Origin: Candidatus Woesearchaeota archaeon
GTDB lineage: Archaea > Nanobdellota > Nanobdellia > Woesearchaeales > B72-G16
Assembly: GCA_003650545.1 (NCBI GenBank)
Contig: QMQO01000002.1
Span: forward strand, 16,485-80,484
Length of the DNA stretch: 64,000 bases
Reading direction: 5' to 3'
Below, in pieces: positions 28,835 through 38,832 of the stretch (its first letter is position 1; every line of letters starts with the position of its first letter). Under the pieces are notes generated by a model. That model did no database searches. It was given only the letters and a program-made list of their open reading frames with translations, and was not told where the DNA came from. The translations under genes were made by a program, and so were the position numbers.

Positions 28835-30893
28835 GCATTTTATGGTTCTGTCGCAAGTTAATGAAGGTGTACGGCAGACTGCGATCACAGTAGATTATTC
28901 TATCGTAAATTATGCCAAGCTTGAAAGCATTTACAAGACAGACCAAATGATCTTCCAAGCAATAAATATCATCAGCACATTCGCAATATCAAAAGGTTAC
29001 GAGTACATAGTCAGCGAGAACACAGATGAACAGCTTGAAATGAAAGAAAAGATCCTTTCTTTCGATGCAAAAGTCGGTCTTTCGAAACTGTTGACAGATG
29101 TTGTGAGGCATCTGCACATTTATGGCAACGCATATCTTGAAATAGTTTATTCTAAAACAGATAAGAATAAAGTTGTCGATCTCGCACTTATTGATCCTAA
29201 AACAATATCCTTCAAGAAAAGAGGAAATGGGGAGATTGATTTTGATGAGAGTGGAAACATTAAAGGTTATGTGCAGAAAGTAAATGCCAAGACAGTGGAT
29301 TTGTCACCAGATCAGATAATTCATTTCAGAATAAACACGATTGCGGACTCTCTTACTGGAACAGGAATTATAGAACCTTTAATAAAAGTCATTGAAGCAA
29401 AAAGAAACATTGAGATTGGACTTGCAGAAGCAGTGTATCGCCACGGTTTTCCTCAGTTTCATGTAAAGTTAGGTGATTCTGATCACCAGCCAACAACCGA
29501 TCAAGTGACTGAGGAAAGCGAGAAGTACAAGAGAATCAATTCAAAATCTGAATTTGTCACGCCATATTATTACGATATAAAACTCTTGGAAGCTCCTTCC
29601 TTAAAGGGCGGCGAGAGTTATTTGAAATACTTCATAGATCAAATTGTTGCAGGCACAGGAGTTCCTCAAAGCATATTATTAGGAACAGGAGAAGGAAGCA
29701 ACAGAGCCACTTCATTCACTCAGCAACAGAATTTCTTTCTTTACATAGGCGGAGTGCAGATGCTATTAGCTGAAACGCTTCAGAAAAACTTGTTTACTAA
29801 ATTGCTTGGCGTTGATGAAAGTCCTGTGTATATGGTCTTTAATTCTCTGCAAACAAAGACTGATCTCGAATTAGCGCAAGAAAGGGAAATCTATCTGAGA
29901 AACGGTGTTTTGACTCCTGATGAGGTCAGGCAAGAGATGGGTCTGGAACCTATTTCTTCACCCCCAACAACTGAGCAGAACATCTCTGATGATTCATCAG
30001 GAGATTTTATTTTTTCAGAGAATGAGTTTCTCAGCAATAAAGACCTGATGCTTGAAGAGGACGATGACTTTGAAAAAGTCTTTGGTCCTTATGCAGATAA
30101 TTTCAAGGCAGCTGACAACCTTGATTTCGGAGGGATACTTCAAGAACTGGGAAAACCAATAAGATCACGTTTCATAAAAGATCAACACATACTTACTCAC
30201 AGGATTAATAAAATCATGGACAGATCAAGAAAGAAGATACTTAACTTAATCGATGAAGCGCTTGGAGATAAGGATAAAAAACTTGCAGCAGAAGACTTGG
30301 TGATTGATCCTGAACTTCTTGCTCCTGAAAGGGATGCTTTGATAGCTGCCGTGTTCCTTGATTCAAAGAAGAAATTCAAGCAAGGAATTAAGCTTGGAGA
30401 GGAGTTCATAAAGAAAAAACATCCTGTAGTCGCAGGAATCAAAGTCAAAAGCACAGTTAATGAGCAGGCAATAAAAGCGCTTGATCTCCGTTCAACTCAG
30501 CTTGCCAAGACTGTTTCTGGAGATCTTTTGAAAGCAACCCAAACAGTTATACGTGAAGGACTCCAGGCAAGGAAAGGAGCAAGACAACTCAAGGAAGACA
30601 TTGAGAAAGTATTTGAAAGGTTCGGAGGGACTCCAGGAAGATTTAACAAGATAGGCACAAGGGCAGAACTAATAGCAAGGACAGAACTGCACAGGTCATT
30701 TATTGATGGAACTCTTCAAAGTTTCAAGGAATTAAGGGTTGAAAGACTCAGAATGATAGTCAACGTTGGTGCTTGCGAGCAATGCTTGGATGTGGCGGCA
30801 GACAATCAAGAAACACCCATTCATTTATCTGACGGAATAATTCCTGTTCATCCAAGATGCAGATGCGGGTGGGTGGCCAAAACCATTAGATAA
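28809..30893 (+). CDS. Portal protein fused to a MuF/SPP1-gp7-like minor head domain
   Basis: YGNAY.E, IIHFR, G.G...P, GVP...LG, G.LTPDEVR. C-terminal RAELIARTE...C..C...IPVHPRCRC. Confidence 0.88.
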   Translation: MEEQKEKSKHFMVLSQVNEGVRQTAITVDYSIVNYAKLESIYKTDQMIFQAINIISTFAISKGYEYIVSENTDEQLEMKEKILSFDAKVGLSKLLTDVVRHLHIYGNAYLEIVYSKTDKNKVVDLALIDPKTISFKKRGNGEIDFDESGNIKGYVQKVNAKTVDLSPDQIIHFRINTIADSLTGTGIIEPLIKVIEAKRNIEIGLAEAVYRHGFPQFHVKLGDSDHQPTTDQVTEESEKYKRINSKSEFVTPYYYDIKLLEAPSLKGGESYLKYFIDQIVAGTGVPQSILLGTGEGSNRATSFTQQQNFFLYIGGVQMLLAETLQKNLFTKLLGVDESPVYMVFNSLQTKTDLELAQEREIYLRNGVLTPDEVRQEMGLEPISSPPTTEQNISDDSSGDFIFSENEFLSNKDLMLEEDDDFEKVFGPYADNFKAADNLDFGGILQELGKPIRSRFIKDQHILTHRINKIMDRSRKKILNLIDEALGDKDKKLAAEDLVIDPELLAPERDALIAAVFLDSKKKFKQGIKLGEEFIKKKHPVVAGIKVKSTVNEQAIKALDLRSTQLAKTVSGDLLKATQTVIREGLQARKGARQLKEDIEKVFERFGGTPGRFNKIGTRAELIARTELHRSFIDGTLQSFKELRVERLRMIVNVGACEQCLDVAADNQETPIHLSDGIIPVHPRCRCGWVAKTIR

Positions 30894-30943
30894 TTTAGGC
30901 TTCTACTAAAATAATATTAAGAAAAAAATAGATTTCTCAACTT

Positions 30944-32164
30944 ATGAGCGATCAACTAATTCAAGAGATAAACAGTTTTATCAGTTTGTTGGATGTAACA
31001 GCTGAAACGTTGAATTCTAAGGAACTCATAGATAGTTTTATTGCTCACAATGACGCAACAGTTCAAGAGATTAACCAATTCATTGAACTTATTCAAGATT
31101 TTGAAGAGAATGCCGTTGATCAATCATTCTTCAAAGGAAGGCCAGGACTTCCTAGAAAGCAATTGCCAGACGCTGCTTTTGCAGTAGTTGAGGAAACAGG
31201 AAAGAAAGATGAGGAAGGAAGAACTATTCCTGACATTGCAAGGCATTTGCCTCATCACACAGATGCTGTGAGGGATGGGACAGAAAATGACACTCTGGAC
31301 ATTGCAAGGTATAGAAACGCATTGGCAAGGGTCAGCCAGATAAAAGCAACGCAAGGAGGATCAACCGCTGAACTGATTGAAAAGGCAAGGAAACATCTGG
31401 AATCTCATAGGGAAGCACTTAACCCACCCGAAGATAATGAAAAGTTAATCCAGACATTTGAAGAGACAGAAAATGAGGTCACCTTTCTTCTTGAAGAACC
31501 ATCTGCCTTTTTAGGCAACACTTTCAAAAGAAGGAATCTCGGAAACGGAATATCAATCATACTTGGAATGCTTAAGGATGTAACAAGGGCCAGCTTAGCA
31601 CTCCAGAGTTTCAGGTTCAGCAAGAAAGAACCTTGGAACTGGACAATAGACCGAGCAAAGGCGTGGCTGCAAGGAAGAAGAATAATTGAGAATCAAGAAC
31701 TCATAAGCAAACATCTTCAGTATGTCAAGATAAGCGATGTCAAGATTGAGCAGGTCCTAAGAGAAGGCACTGCTCTAAGGATCACAGGCATTGCCATAAG
31801 CGAAGGGACTTGGAACGGAATATTTTATCCTGCTGAAGAACTCAAGAAAGGCCATAAATCTTTGGAAGGGAAACCTCTAAGGATAGATCATTCAAGCAGC
31901 ACTCGTGACATCGTTGGAAAAGTAATCAAGTCAACATATAATCCGCATAAGAAATGGATAGAGTTTGAGGCTATTGTTACAGACGAAGACATTGCTCAGA
32001 AGCTGCTTGACAAGCTTATCGATTCTGTTAGTGTTGGAGTCCTCATAGATAATGAAGAAGAGGATGGCCGCCAGGTAGCACGCAACTTGGAGTTTAAGGA
32101 ATTGAGTTTGGTAGATGATCCAGCATGCAAAGATGCGAAAGTGAGTCCTGTAAAGAAAAAGTAA
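30944..32164 (+). CDS. Prohead maturation protease with N-terminal extension
   Basis: GKPL.IDH, VG.V, SVSVG, F.ELSLVD.PA (HK97/U35-like). Confidence 0.8.
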   Translation: MSDQLIQEINSFISLLDVTAETLNSKELIDSFIAHNDATVQEINQFIELIQDFEENAVDQSFFKGRPGLPRKQLPDAAFAVVEETGKKDEEGRTIPDIARHLPHHTDAVRDGTENDTLDIARYRNALARVSQIKATQGGSTAELIEKARKHLESHREALNPPEDNEKLIQTFEETENEVTFLLEEPSAFLGNTFKRRNLGNGISIILGMLKDVTRASLALQSFRFSKKEPWNWTIDRAKAWLQGRRIIENQELISKHLQYVKISDVKIEQVLREGTALRITGIAISEGTWNGIFYPAEELKKGHKSLEGKPLRIDHSSSTRDIVGKVIKSTYNPHKKWIEFEAIVTDEDIAQKLLDKLIDSVSVGVLIDNEEEDGRQVARNLEFKELSLVDDPACKDAKVSPVKKK

Positions 32165-32172
32165 AGGAGGAG

Positions 32173-32643
32173 ATGATCACGATGGAAGAACCTAAAGAAA
32201 TGAAACACGCAAAGTCTCTTTTGAAGAAAGCCTCTGAAGAACTTGCGCAAAAGAATCAAGAGATTGGAAAACTCAAGGAAGAACTTGCCAAGAAAGACAA
32301 GCTTATCTCAGAATTGACTGCCAAGCAAGAGAAATTGGCAAAGGAGTTTGAGGCTGTATCAAAAGAACTTAAGCAAATCAAACAAGAAGCAAGAGACGTT
32401 GTGCTCAAAGAACAAATTGAAGCTGAAGAAAAACTTGGCATTCTTGAAGTGCCCAAGGAACAAAGGCTTGCTGAGTTGAGGGAACTTGACGAAGCAGGAG
32501 GGTTTGATCTGTATGCCAAACAGACAAAGAAAATGCTTGAACTTCACAAGAGCATTGGCGACAGGAAAACTCTGATCAATAATTCAAACCAGTCAGCTGA
32601 CCGAAAGCAAGAGATTGCCAAGGCACTGGGCATAGAATTGTAA
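32173..32643 (+). CDS. Putative scaffolding protein
   Basis: Coiled coil between the protease and capsid genes. Confidence 0.6.
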   Translation: MITMEEPKEMKHAKSLLKKASEELAQKNQEIGKLKEELAKKDKLISELTAKQEKLAKEFEAVSKELKQIKQEARDVVLKEQIEAEEKLGILEVPKEQRLAELRELDEAGGFDLYAKQTKKMLELHKSIGDRKTLINNSNQSADRKQEIAKALGIEL

Positions 32644-32658
32644 AGGTGGTGAAACAAA

Positions 32659-33033
32659 ATGACATACGACATTCAAATTGATGATGGAAGAAATCCCAGC
32701 ATGCTCGTTGCAGCAGCAGACCTGCAGAAAGGACAGTTCGTTGGTTTGGACCTTCAACCAGCAGCTGCTCAAGCAGACATCTTAGGCGTGTGCTTGAAAG
32801 ACTCTGCTCAAAACAACCCAATCTCACTGGGTGCGATCGGAACGTTTTACGTTGACGTGGAAGTGGGAGCTTCAGCAGTTCTCAACGTTGGAGACGAACT
32901 GGAAGTGAAGGATGCAAGCACGTTGCAGGCAAAAAACACAGGAGTGACCGTTGCCAAGGCTTACGAAAAAGTTGACAACAGCGCAGGAGGCAGTGCGGTC
33001 GTGAAAAAAATCCCTGTGAAGATCATAAAGTAA
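32659..33033 (+). CDS. Putative capsid cement/decoration protein (DUF2190-like)
   Basis: AAADL.KG.FV, GV, VGD, VAKA pattern. Directly before the MCP. Confidence 0.6.
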   Translation: MTYDIQIDDGRNPSMLVAAADLQKGQFVGLDLQPAAAQADILGVCLKDSAQNNPISLGAIGTFYVDVEVGASAVLNVGDELEVKDASTLQAKNTGVTVAKAYEKVDNSAGGSAVVKKIPVKIIK

Positions 33034-33050
33034 AAGGAGGAGAGAGCAAG

Positions 33051-33857
33051 ATGAAAACAATGCAAGAACTATTTTCAACGCAAGATGCCGCACCCCTCAT
33101 AAAAGAAGTAATTGACTCCAACGTCTTCAAGGTAGCTGAAAGAGAGAGGGTTGGCAGGAAACTTTTGCGAGTTATCTCCCTGAACGAGGGTTCAGCTTTG
33201 AAGATTCCCAAGATGGGAGCAGGACAAGCATACGTCATCCCTGAATTAGGTTCAATTCCTCTGGATGTAAGCACATTCAGTGAAGTGGTCATCACGCCAT
33301 ACAAGATTGGGAAGGCATTCGCAATCTCAAAAGAATCAATTGAGGATTCTGCTTTTGATGTCGTTAGACTTAAGGCTGATATGGCTGCAGAAGACGTGGC
33401 CAGGAAAGAAGACGCTGAGATCTTCAGAGTGCTTGTCCAGACTACTAACACTGTCTCTCCAAAGACAGCTGGCGAGTTTGTCCAGGAAGACGTGATAACC
33501 TTGAGAAATGCAGTGAACAAGCATAACTACAAGGCGAAATGGCTCGTGGCTCACCCAGATGATCTTGCCAAGCTTGAGAAAGACCTTATCAGCAAAGGGT
33601 ACAAGGCTTTTGACAGGCTTGACGAAACAGGAATCATCGGGAATGTCGCAGGTCTTCAAGTCTTGGAGACAACCGCCCTGGACCCAGGAACTGTTCTCGC
33701 TCTTGACAGCAGAGCAGTTGTGTTGGTAGAAAGAAGGCCACTCTCAACAGAGAACTTCACAGATCCTTTGAGAGACCTAGCAGCTGGAGTCACAATCACG
33801 GAAAGGGTTGCACCTGCTGTGCTTGATGACAATGCAGTCGCTAAGATGACCTTGTAA
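33051..33857 (+). CDS. Major capsid protein, HK97 fold
   Basis: E.G.IP, K.G....IS.E.IEDS, D..I, HP, G...GL.V, ER...AV....A. Strong SD. Confidence 0.85.
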   Translation: MKTMQELFSTQDAAPLIKEVIDSNVFKVAERERVGRKLLRVISLNEGSALKIPKMGAGQAYVIPELGSIPLDVSTFSEVVITPYKIGKAFAISKESIEDSAFDVVRLKADMAAEDVARKEDAEIFRVLVQTTNTVSPKTAGEFVQEDVITLRNAVNKHNYKAKWLVAHPDDLAKLEKDLISKGYKAFDRLDETGIIGNVAGLQVLETTALDPGTVLALDSRAVVLVERRPLSTENFTDPLRDLAAGVTITERVAPAVLDDNAVAKMTL

Positions 33858-33886
33858 GGCCAGCCAACTGAAAATGGAGGGGCAGT

Positions 33887-34624
33887 ATGGACCTAAGTAG
33901 CTTGAAGACTCAAATAATTGTGGAAGCAAACAAGTTCAGGCTAGGTCCAAGGCTCCTGAGGCTTCAAACGCAGACAGAGGGTTCTGCAACAAAAATCACA
34001 AAAATAAAGAACGTGAACGGAGCGATAGTTCCCAGCTTGGGAGCAGCTCCTGTTTCGCTTTTAGAACTCGATTCAGTTATTGTGTTTCCCCTTACAATCA
34101 AATTGCCAATTCTTTTCGCAATTGAAGATTTTGAAGACAACGCACTCAATGACATCCTTCAAAGATCATTCAAGGAAAGTTTTCATTTCGCAGACATTGA
34201 GAATAGGCTTGTAGTTGAAACGCTTATTGCTGGAGCTGGCAAAACCATAACAGCACAAGCGAAACCTGACGTGAGAGAAGTTCCAATAATAGATAATTTT
34301 CTGGAAGCAATAAGATTCATAGAAGATAACGGATATGCTCCAAACAAGATTCTTGTCAATCCTGACATTGCCGAATCATTGAGGCAAAGAGAGGAATTGA
34401 AAGAGAAACTCATAGCATACGCCATTGAAGTGATAATTAACATAGCAGTTCCATCTCAAACAGTTATCATTCTTGACAGTAACCATGCTGGCTTGCTAAT
34501 TGAGAGGGTTTCTCTTGAGATAAATGATTATATCGATCCTTGGCAGGGGAAGAAAGGTTTTCTTTTGAGAGAAAGGGTTGCTCCTGTTGTGATCAACGGA
34601 AACGCTGTGGCGGTGATACAATAA
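33887..34624 (+). CDS. Second HK97-fold capsid protein paralogue
   Basis: Collinear similarity to the MCP, e.g. ERVAPVVINGNAVA versus ERVAPAVLDDNAVA. Confidence 0.75.
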   Translation: MDLSSLKTQIIVEANKFRLGPRLLRLQTQTEGSATKITKIKNVNGAIVPSLGAAPVSLLELDSVIVFPLTIKLPILFAIEDFEDNALNDILQRSFKESFHFADIENRLVVETLIAGAGKTITAQAKPDVREVPIIDNFLEAIRFIEDNGYAPNKILVNPDIAESLRQREELKEKLIAYAIEVIINIAVPSQTVIILDSNHAGLLIERVSLEINDYIDPWQGKKGFLLRERVAPVVINGNAVAVIQ

Positions 34625-35418
34625 TGGGTGTCGAGATTGAATTATTGGAACAAGTAAAAGCCGCTCTTGGTGAGATTAAGGCAGTCGCCAATGCGTTAAA
34701 CATTGAGCCAGATGGGAGCATAAACGTCAATAACAACAATCTTGCGGAATCTGTTTCAATCAAGGACGGAGCAGATCCTACAAAGAAAGCAATTGTTGAT
34801 CAAGATGGAAGACTGCTTGTAAGAACTCAGCAAGCAGGAACAACAGAAACAATCATAATCGATCCGAATAATCAAAATTTCAAAGCTCAAGTAGATTCTA
34901 ACGGAAGGCTTCTTGTGAGTGCCGCTTCTGGCTCAAGCGGTTTACTGGGTTCTGTAAAGTTAGAAGATGCCTTTGATTCAAATAAAAAAGTATTTGTTGA
35001 TGCTTCAGGAAGACTGCTTGTTGCCTTGCCTCCACCCAGCCCTCCAGCTGGAACAACAGAAGTGAAGAGAAGCAAGTTTAATGATGTTTTTGGCAACAGC
35101 GCAGATTACGATTATTATGTAATCCCAAATGGAGAGACTTTGAGGATTCAGAAACTGCTTGGTTCTTCAGAAGACAGAAGCAAGGACACTTATGTTGCCT
35201 TGTGGCTTGACAACAATGGGGACACTCCATCTCCCACTCAACGTGACGGCCACCCTAACTGGGTACTCATTGCTATGGCCTTCACTAATGTCAGCAATGT
35301 GAACTTCGATCTTAACGAGGAAATTGTTGGAGACGGAATTAAAAGAATAGTTCTGCACAGGAGAAGAATGGAAGCTGGAAGAAGGCTTGTTTTTGCCAGG
35401 TGGCAGGGGTATTACTAA
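34624..35418 (+). CDS. Virion structural protein with 3x VDxxGRLLV repeats
   Basis: VDQDGRLLV, VDSNGRLLV, VDASGRLLV. Confidence 0.6.
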   Translation: MGVEIELLEQVKAALGEIKAVANALNIEPDGSINVNNNNLAESVSIKDGADPTKKAIVDQDGRLLVRTQQAGTTETIIIDPNNQNFKAQVDSNGRLLVSAASGSSGLLGSVKLEDAFDSNKKVFVDASGRLLVALPPPSPPAGTTEVKRSKFNDVFGNSADYDYYVIPNGETLRIQKLLGSSEDRSKDTYVALWLDNNGDTPSPTQRDGHPNWVLIAMAFTNVSNVNFDLNEEIVGDGIKRIVLHRRRMEAGRRLVFARWQGYY

Positions 35419-35420
35419 AA

Positions 35421-35816
35421 ATGACAGCTGAAAAATACAAGGGAAGGCTTGAATTGTACAATCCAAGCAGTCCAGTAACCCTAACAACTGCTTATGCTAC
35501 CATATTCAACATATCTGGAGAAGGTTTCATTGATATGATGAAACTTGCTTTCACTAACATCACCGATGTTTTTGTCAAGGTAACCATAGACAATGAAATC
35601 TATTATGAGATTAATCTTTCAGACTTGAAGAACAGGGTCAAGTTGACAAAGGATGAGCAGGATACGTTCCTCAATACTGCTCACAATGCTTTTTCAGATT
35701 CGTATCCTGTGCCTTTGTTCTTTGAGAGTTCCCTTCAAGTGGAAGTAAAGAAAGACACGGGAGCAAAAAGAAAGATCAAAGGAGGAATCATAAGGTACAG
35801 GTTGAGAGGTGATTGA
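35421..35816 (+). CDS. Viral hypothetical protein (beta-rich)
   Basis: ORF within the structural operon. Confidence 0.6.
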   Translation: MTAEKYKGRLELYNPSSPVTLTTAYATIFNISGEGFIDMMKLAFTNITDVFVKVTIDNEIYYEINLSDLKNRVKLTKDEQDTFLNTAHNAFSDSYPVPLFFESSLQVEVKKDTGAKRKIKGGIIRYRLRGD

Positions 35817-35818
35817 TT

Positions 35819-36055
35819 ATGGTAACTGTTCAAGAAAAGATGGATGCTATTGAAAGCGGACCTAATTATGTTCACGGCTCGCTTATCATTAAGAGTTATG
35901 ATGACAGGGGTGTTGTCCTCAAGTGGCTTGAACAGTCCAGCGGTGTTGCGGAAAGGAAGGAGCACTTCATTGAACTTAACGAGGATGAGTCAAATATGCC
36001 TCTTGAGAACAGGACTGCGGTCAACGATATTGAAATAGAACCACCAAGCGGGTAA
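35819..36055 (+). CDS. Viral hypothetical protein
   Basis: GAGGTGA SD. Confidence 0.55.
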   Translation: MVTVQEKMDAIESGPNYVHGSLIIKSYDDRGVVLKWLEQSSGVAERKEHFIELNEDESNMPLENRTAVNDIEIEPPSG

Positions 36056-36060
36056 TCAAA

Positions 36061-36216
36061 ATGGCAGTATGGAAGTACAAGGTCGTGCACAGGAGAGTGA
36101 AGAACATTTCAGAGAGAGCTCTGAATCTGTTAGGCAATAATGGCTGGGAGTTGATCTTTATGACTCAACTCTGGAACGGCAAGGTTTTGGCCGTATTCAA
36201 AAAACAAGTGAGGTGA
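36061..36216 (+). CDS. DUF4177-like small protein
   Basis: Translated by hand: WKYKVV...LNLLGNNGWELI...FKK. Confidence 0.65.
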   Translation: MAVWKYKVVHRRVKNISERALNLLGNNGWELIFMTQLWNGKVLAVFKKQVR

Positions 36217-36221
36217 AAACA

Positions 36222-36458
36222 ATGGCAAAGAGAGTTATAGTGCAACCAGCAGAATATGACCTTAAGCTAAGGCTCAAATTAGGCGTTAAGAGGTTCCTTA
36301 AAGGACTCGGCGCTTCGCTTCTCGTTGCAGGAGTGCAATATGCCGCTGAGTTTTTGCAAAACAGCAAGGACTTGTTTCCTCAAGAATACACTTTGTATGT
36401 TGGACTTGTGGTGTCAGCGTTGCTTGGAATAGAAAAGGCAGTCCAAAGGCAAAAATGA
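36222..36458 (+). CDS. Small two-TM membrane protein (holin-like)
   Basis: Two hydrophobic segments and basic termini. Confidence 0.5.
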   Translation: MAKRVIVQPAEYDLKLRLKLGVKRFLKGLGASLLVAGVQYAAEFLQNSKDLFPQEYTLYVGLVVSALLGIEKAVQRQK

Positions 36459-36534
36459 GGTTTAAGAAAAGAATGGAAATTGAATTCGCCTTGCTAGCAG
36501 GCTGGGTGGTTGTCAAGTACAGGAAGATGAAAAA

Positions 36535-37017
36535 ATGGCTCAAACAGAATATACGACTGTTGCGATTGTAAAAGCAAGAGTTGGAGAGAACAACATTGGA
36601 TCAGATGTTCAAGATAGTGAGATCTCTCAATGGATTCAAGAAGCGAGCAATTTCATAGACCTTTCAACAAAAAAGGTGGGTGTTGGCTTTGAACAAACAG
36701 ATCCTCTCTATCCAACTGTGCAGCAAATAGTGACTGATTTAGCAGTCATAAAACTTATCCTGAGAATGAGCGGAGCTGGAAAGGCAACAACAGCGGGATT
36801 GTCGTACAGGATTGGAGAGTTTTCTGTTGACAAGAAGAACATAGATTCATCTTCTGCCAAGGAAATTCAAGTCTATGAGAAGAGCGCCAAGGACAGCTTG
36901 AAAGCATTAAAGGAGTATCTGGGAATTGACAATGGTGGTTTTACAGGGGCAGCAGTCATAGAGGGAGAACCTGCACCCACAACAAACTTCGGAGAAAACA
37001 CGCCTCAACAACCATAA
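36535..37017 (+). CDS. Head-tail adaptor (gp6/gp15-like)
   Basis: YTT...VK, I..AS.FID, SYRIGEFSV motifs plus position. Confidence 0.7.
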   Translation: MAQTEYTTVAIVKARVGENNIGSDVQDSEISQWIQEASNFIDLSTKKVGVGFEQTDPLYPTVQQIVTDLAVIKLILRMSGAGKATTAGLSYRIGEFSVDKKNIDSSSAKEIQVYEKSAKDSLKALKEYLGIDNGGFTGAAVIEGEPAPTTNFGENTPQQP

Positions 37018-37021
37018 GAAA

Positions 37022-37399
37022 ATGATAGGCATAAGCAGCGAGGATTTCGAGAAAGTAGTTGACCTTGACCTTGGAATAGATGTGATTCTCAGAAGAAAGA
37101 CGCAAAGCATAGATCCAGATTATGGAAGCCTCGTGTCCGACTCTTATCAGGACACTCCCATAAAAGTAGTGTGGCAAGAAGTAACAGGGGAAGAAGAAAA
37201 CTTCAGGCCGGAGGGGGAGTTCAAGATAGGAGACATCAAGTGCTTCACAAAACCATCATACGATAATGGCAACATAGTCCCTAATAGGGAAACAGACATT
37301 ATCGTCAAGGATGGAAAAGAACACAAGATAATCAAAATAACCTCAAAGACAGTTGGCAACTCAGTAGTTTACAGGTTGCTCCAACTAAGGCTGAAATAA
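37022..37399 (+). CDS. Head closure protein
   Basis: Beta-rich; D.I..DG.E.KI; position. Confidence 0.6.
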   Translation: MIGISSEDFEKVVDLDLGIDVILRRKTQSIDPDYGSLVSDSYQDTPIKVVWQEVTGEEENFRPEGEFKIGDIKCFTKPSYDNGNIVPNRETDIIVKDGKEHKIIKITSKTVGNSVVYRLLQLRLK

Positions 37400-37428
37400 T
37401 ATAAAGAAAAAAACACGATTCAAAATTA

Positions 37429-37791
37429 ATGGTCAAGATCACAATACTCAGTCCCGACCTGAAGAAGTTCAAGGATAAAATAACCAAACTTCGAGACAAG
37501 GGATTCAAAAAAGACATTCACGAAGGCATAAGGAAAATCCTTCCAAAAATCCACAGGGACGCTTTCCTGGCTGCTCCAAAGAAAACGGGAGCATTGGCAG
37601 CATCACTCCACGTGGGTTTTGAGGATGAAACAACAGGTTTCATCGCGGACGGAGTATTTTATGGAGTCTTTCAGGAAGAAGGAACACGCTACATAGAACC
37701 TAAGCATTTCATGCGTAACGCGGTCAACAAACATTTCCCAAGCGTGGGAAGTGAAGTCACGAAAATCGTAAAGAAGCAATTCAACCAATGA
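37429..37791 (+). CDS. HK97 gp10-like tail component
   Basis: AP.KTG.L..S, YG.FQEEGT....P.HFMRNA. Confidence 0.85.
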   Translation: MVKITILSPDLKKFKDKITKLRDKGFKKDIHEGIRKILPKIHRDAFLAAPKKTGALAASLHVGFEDETTGFIADGVFYGVFQEEGTRYIEPKHFMRNAVNKHFPSVGSEVTKIVKKQFNQ

Positions 37792-37828
37792 AAATTGGGC
37801 ATCTCTTCAAGAGCGAGGAGGCCAAGAA

Positions 37829-38290
37829 ATGGAGAAAGAACCGATAATCATAGTTCAGGATCTCTTGAGAGATCAATTGTATGACTACAATACTTCTCGC
37901 ACTACTGAATGGATATACCCTGACTTTCCGAACGTGAACTTGGGGAATGATTCTTATCCGAGGGTGTCTGTAACAGATTCAGATGAGCCCGCATCAAGAA
38001 TGACTGTCGGAACAAAAGATGAGATGCAAACAGTAGACATAGACATCAATGTATGGGTCAAGTCTGGAATCATCTATGAACGAGATGGCGAGCAGTTTGA
38101 AGGCGCAAAACTCAGGGATGCTATTGCCAGAGAAGTGGTTGAAGTGTTGAGAACGCATCAGGATACTCTGGCAGCATATGGGTTGAACAATTATGAAAGG
38201 ATTGGAATGAAGACGATTAACTCAGAAGTTGCTGAAGGCGTGTTAAGAAAACAGATCACTGTCCGATTCGCAAGGCCAGTAATGGATTGA
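37829..38290 (+). CDS. Tail terminator/completion protein
   Basis: YPRVSV, IDINVW; directly precedes the tail tube. Confidence 0.65.
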   Translation: MEKEPIIIVQDLLRDQLYDYNTSRTTEWIYPDFPNVNLGNDSYPRVSVTDSDEPASRMTVGTKDEMQTVDIDINVWVKSGIIYERDGEQFEGAKLRDAIAREVVEVLRTHQDTLAAYGLNNYERIGMKTINSEVAEGVLRKQITVRFARPVMD

Positions 38291-38340
38291 GTTTCAAAGA
38301 AAAGGATAGAACCAGAATAAACAAAGGAGGATGATCAAGA

Positions 38341-38808
38341 ATGGCAATATTTTTTGGAACTCAAGGAAGCATTACGATTGACGGTGTTCAATCACAAAAC
38401 ATAACCGAGTGGAGTTTATCAACAAGCGCTGACGTTGAGCAGATCAAGACAATTGGCAATTTCACAATATTTGATGAAAAACCTCTTGATTTGCTTGAGG
38501 GAAGTTTGAGCATCATAACAGATGATGCTAGCTTCATCGCTAAACTATTCGGGAACGTTGCAACGCAACCTGACACTCCTAATGTTGGAGACACCACAAC
38601 CACAGTCACCCTTGGAACTACAAGGATCAAGTTTGACGCAGAGTTCAGATACACTGATGCGAGTGGCAACGAAGTTAAGATAACCTGCATTGATTGCATA
38701 GCAACAGATCACGAGTTTAGCAACGAGGCAGAAGGCATCTTTGAAGAAAGTTTCAGTTTCAACGTGAAGCCTGAAAACGTGACTATAACTCATGTGAAAA
38801 AAGCATAA
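38341..38808 (+). CDS. Major tail tube protein
   Basis: G.QG.I.IDG, ITEWSL, EGSL, EESFSF. Strong SD. Confidence 0.75.
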   Translation: MAIFFGTQGSITIDGVQSQNITEWSLSTSADVEQIKTIGNFTIFDEKPLDLLEGSLSIITDDASFIAKLFGNVATQPDTPNVGDTTTTVTLGTTRIKFDAEFRYTDASGNEVKITCIDCIATDHEFSNEAEGIFEESFSFNVKPENVTITHVKKA

Positions 38809-38832
38809 GGTAACATCATAAGATCAAGTTCA

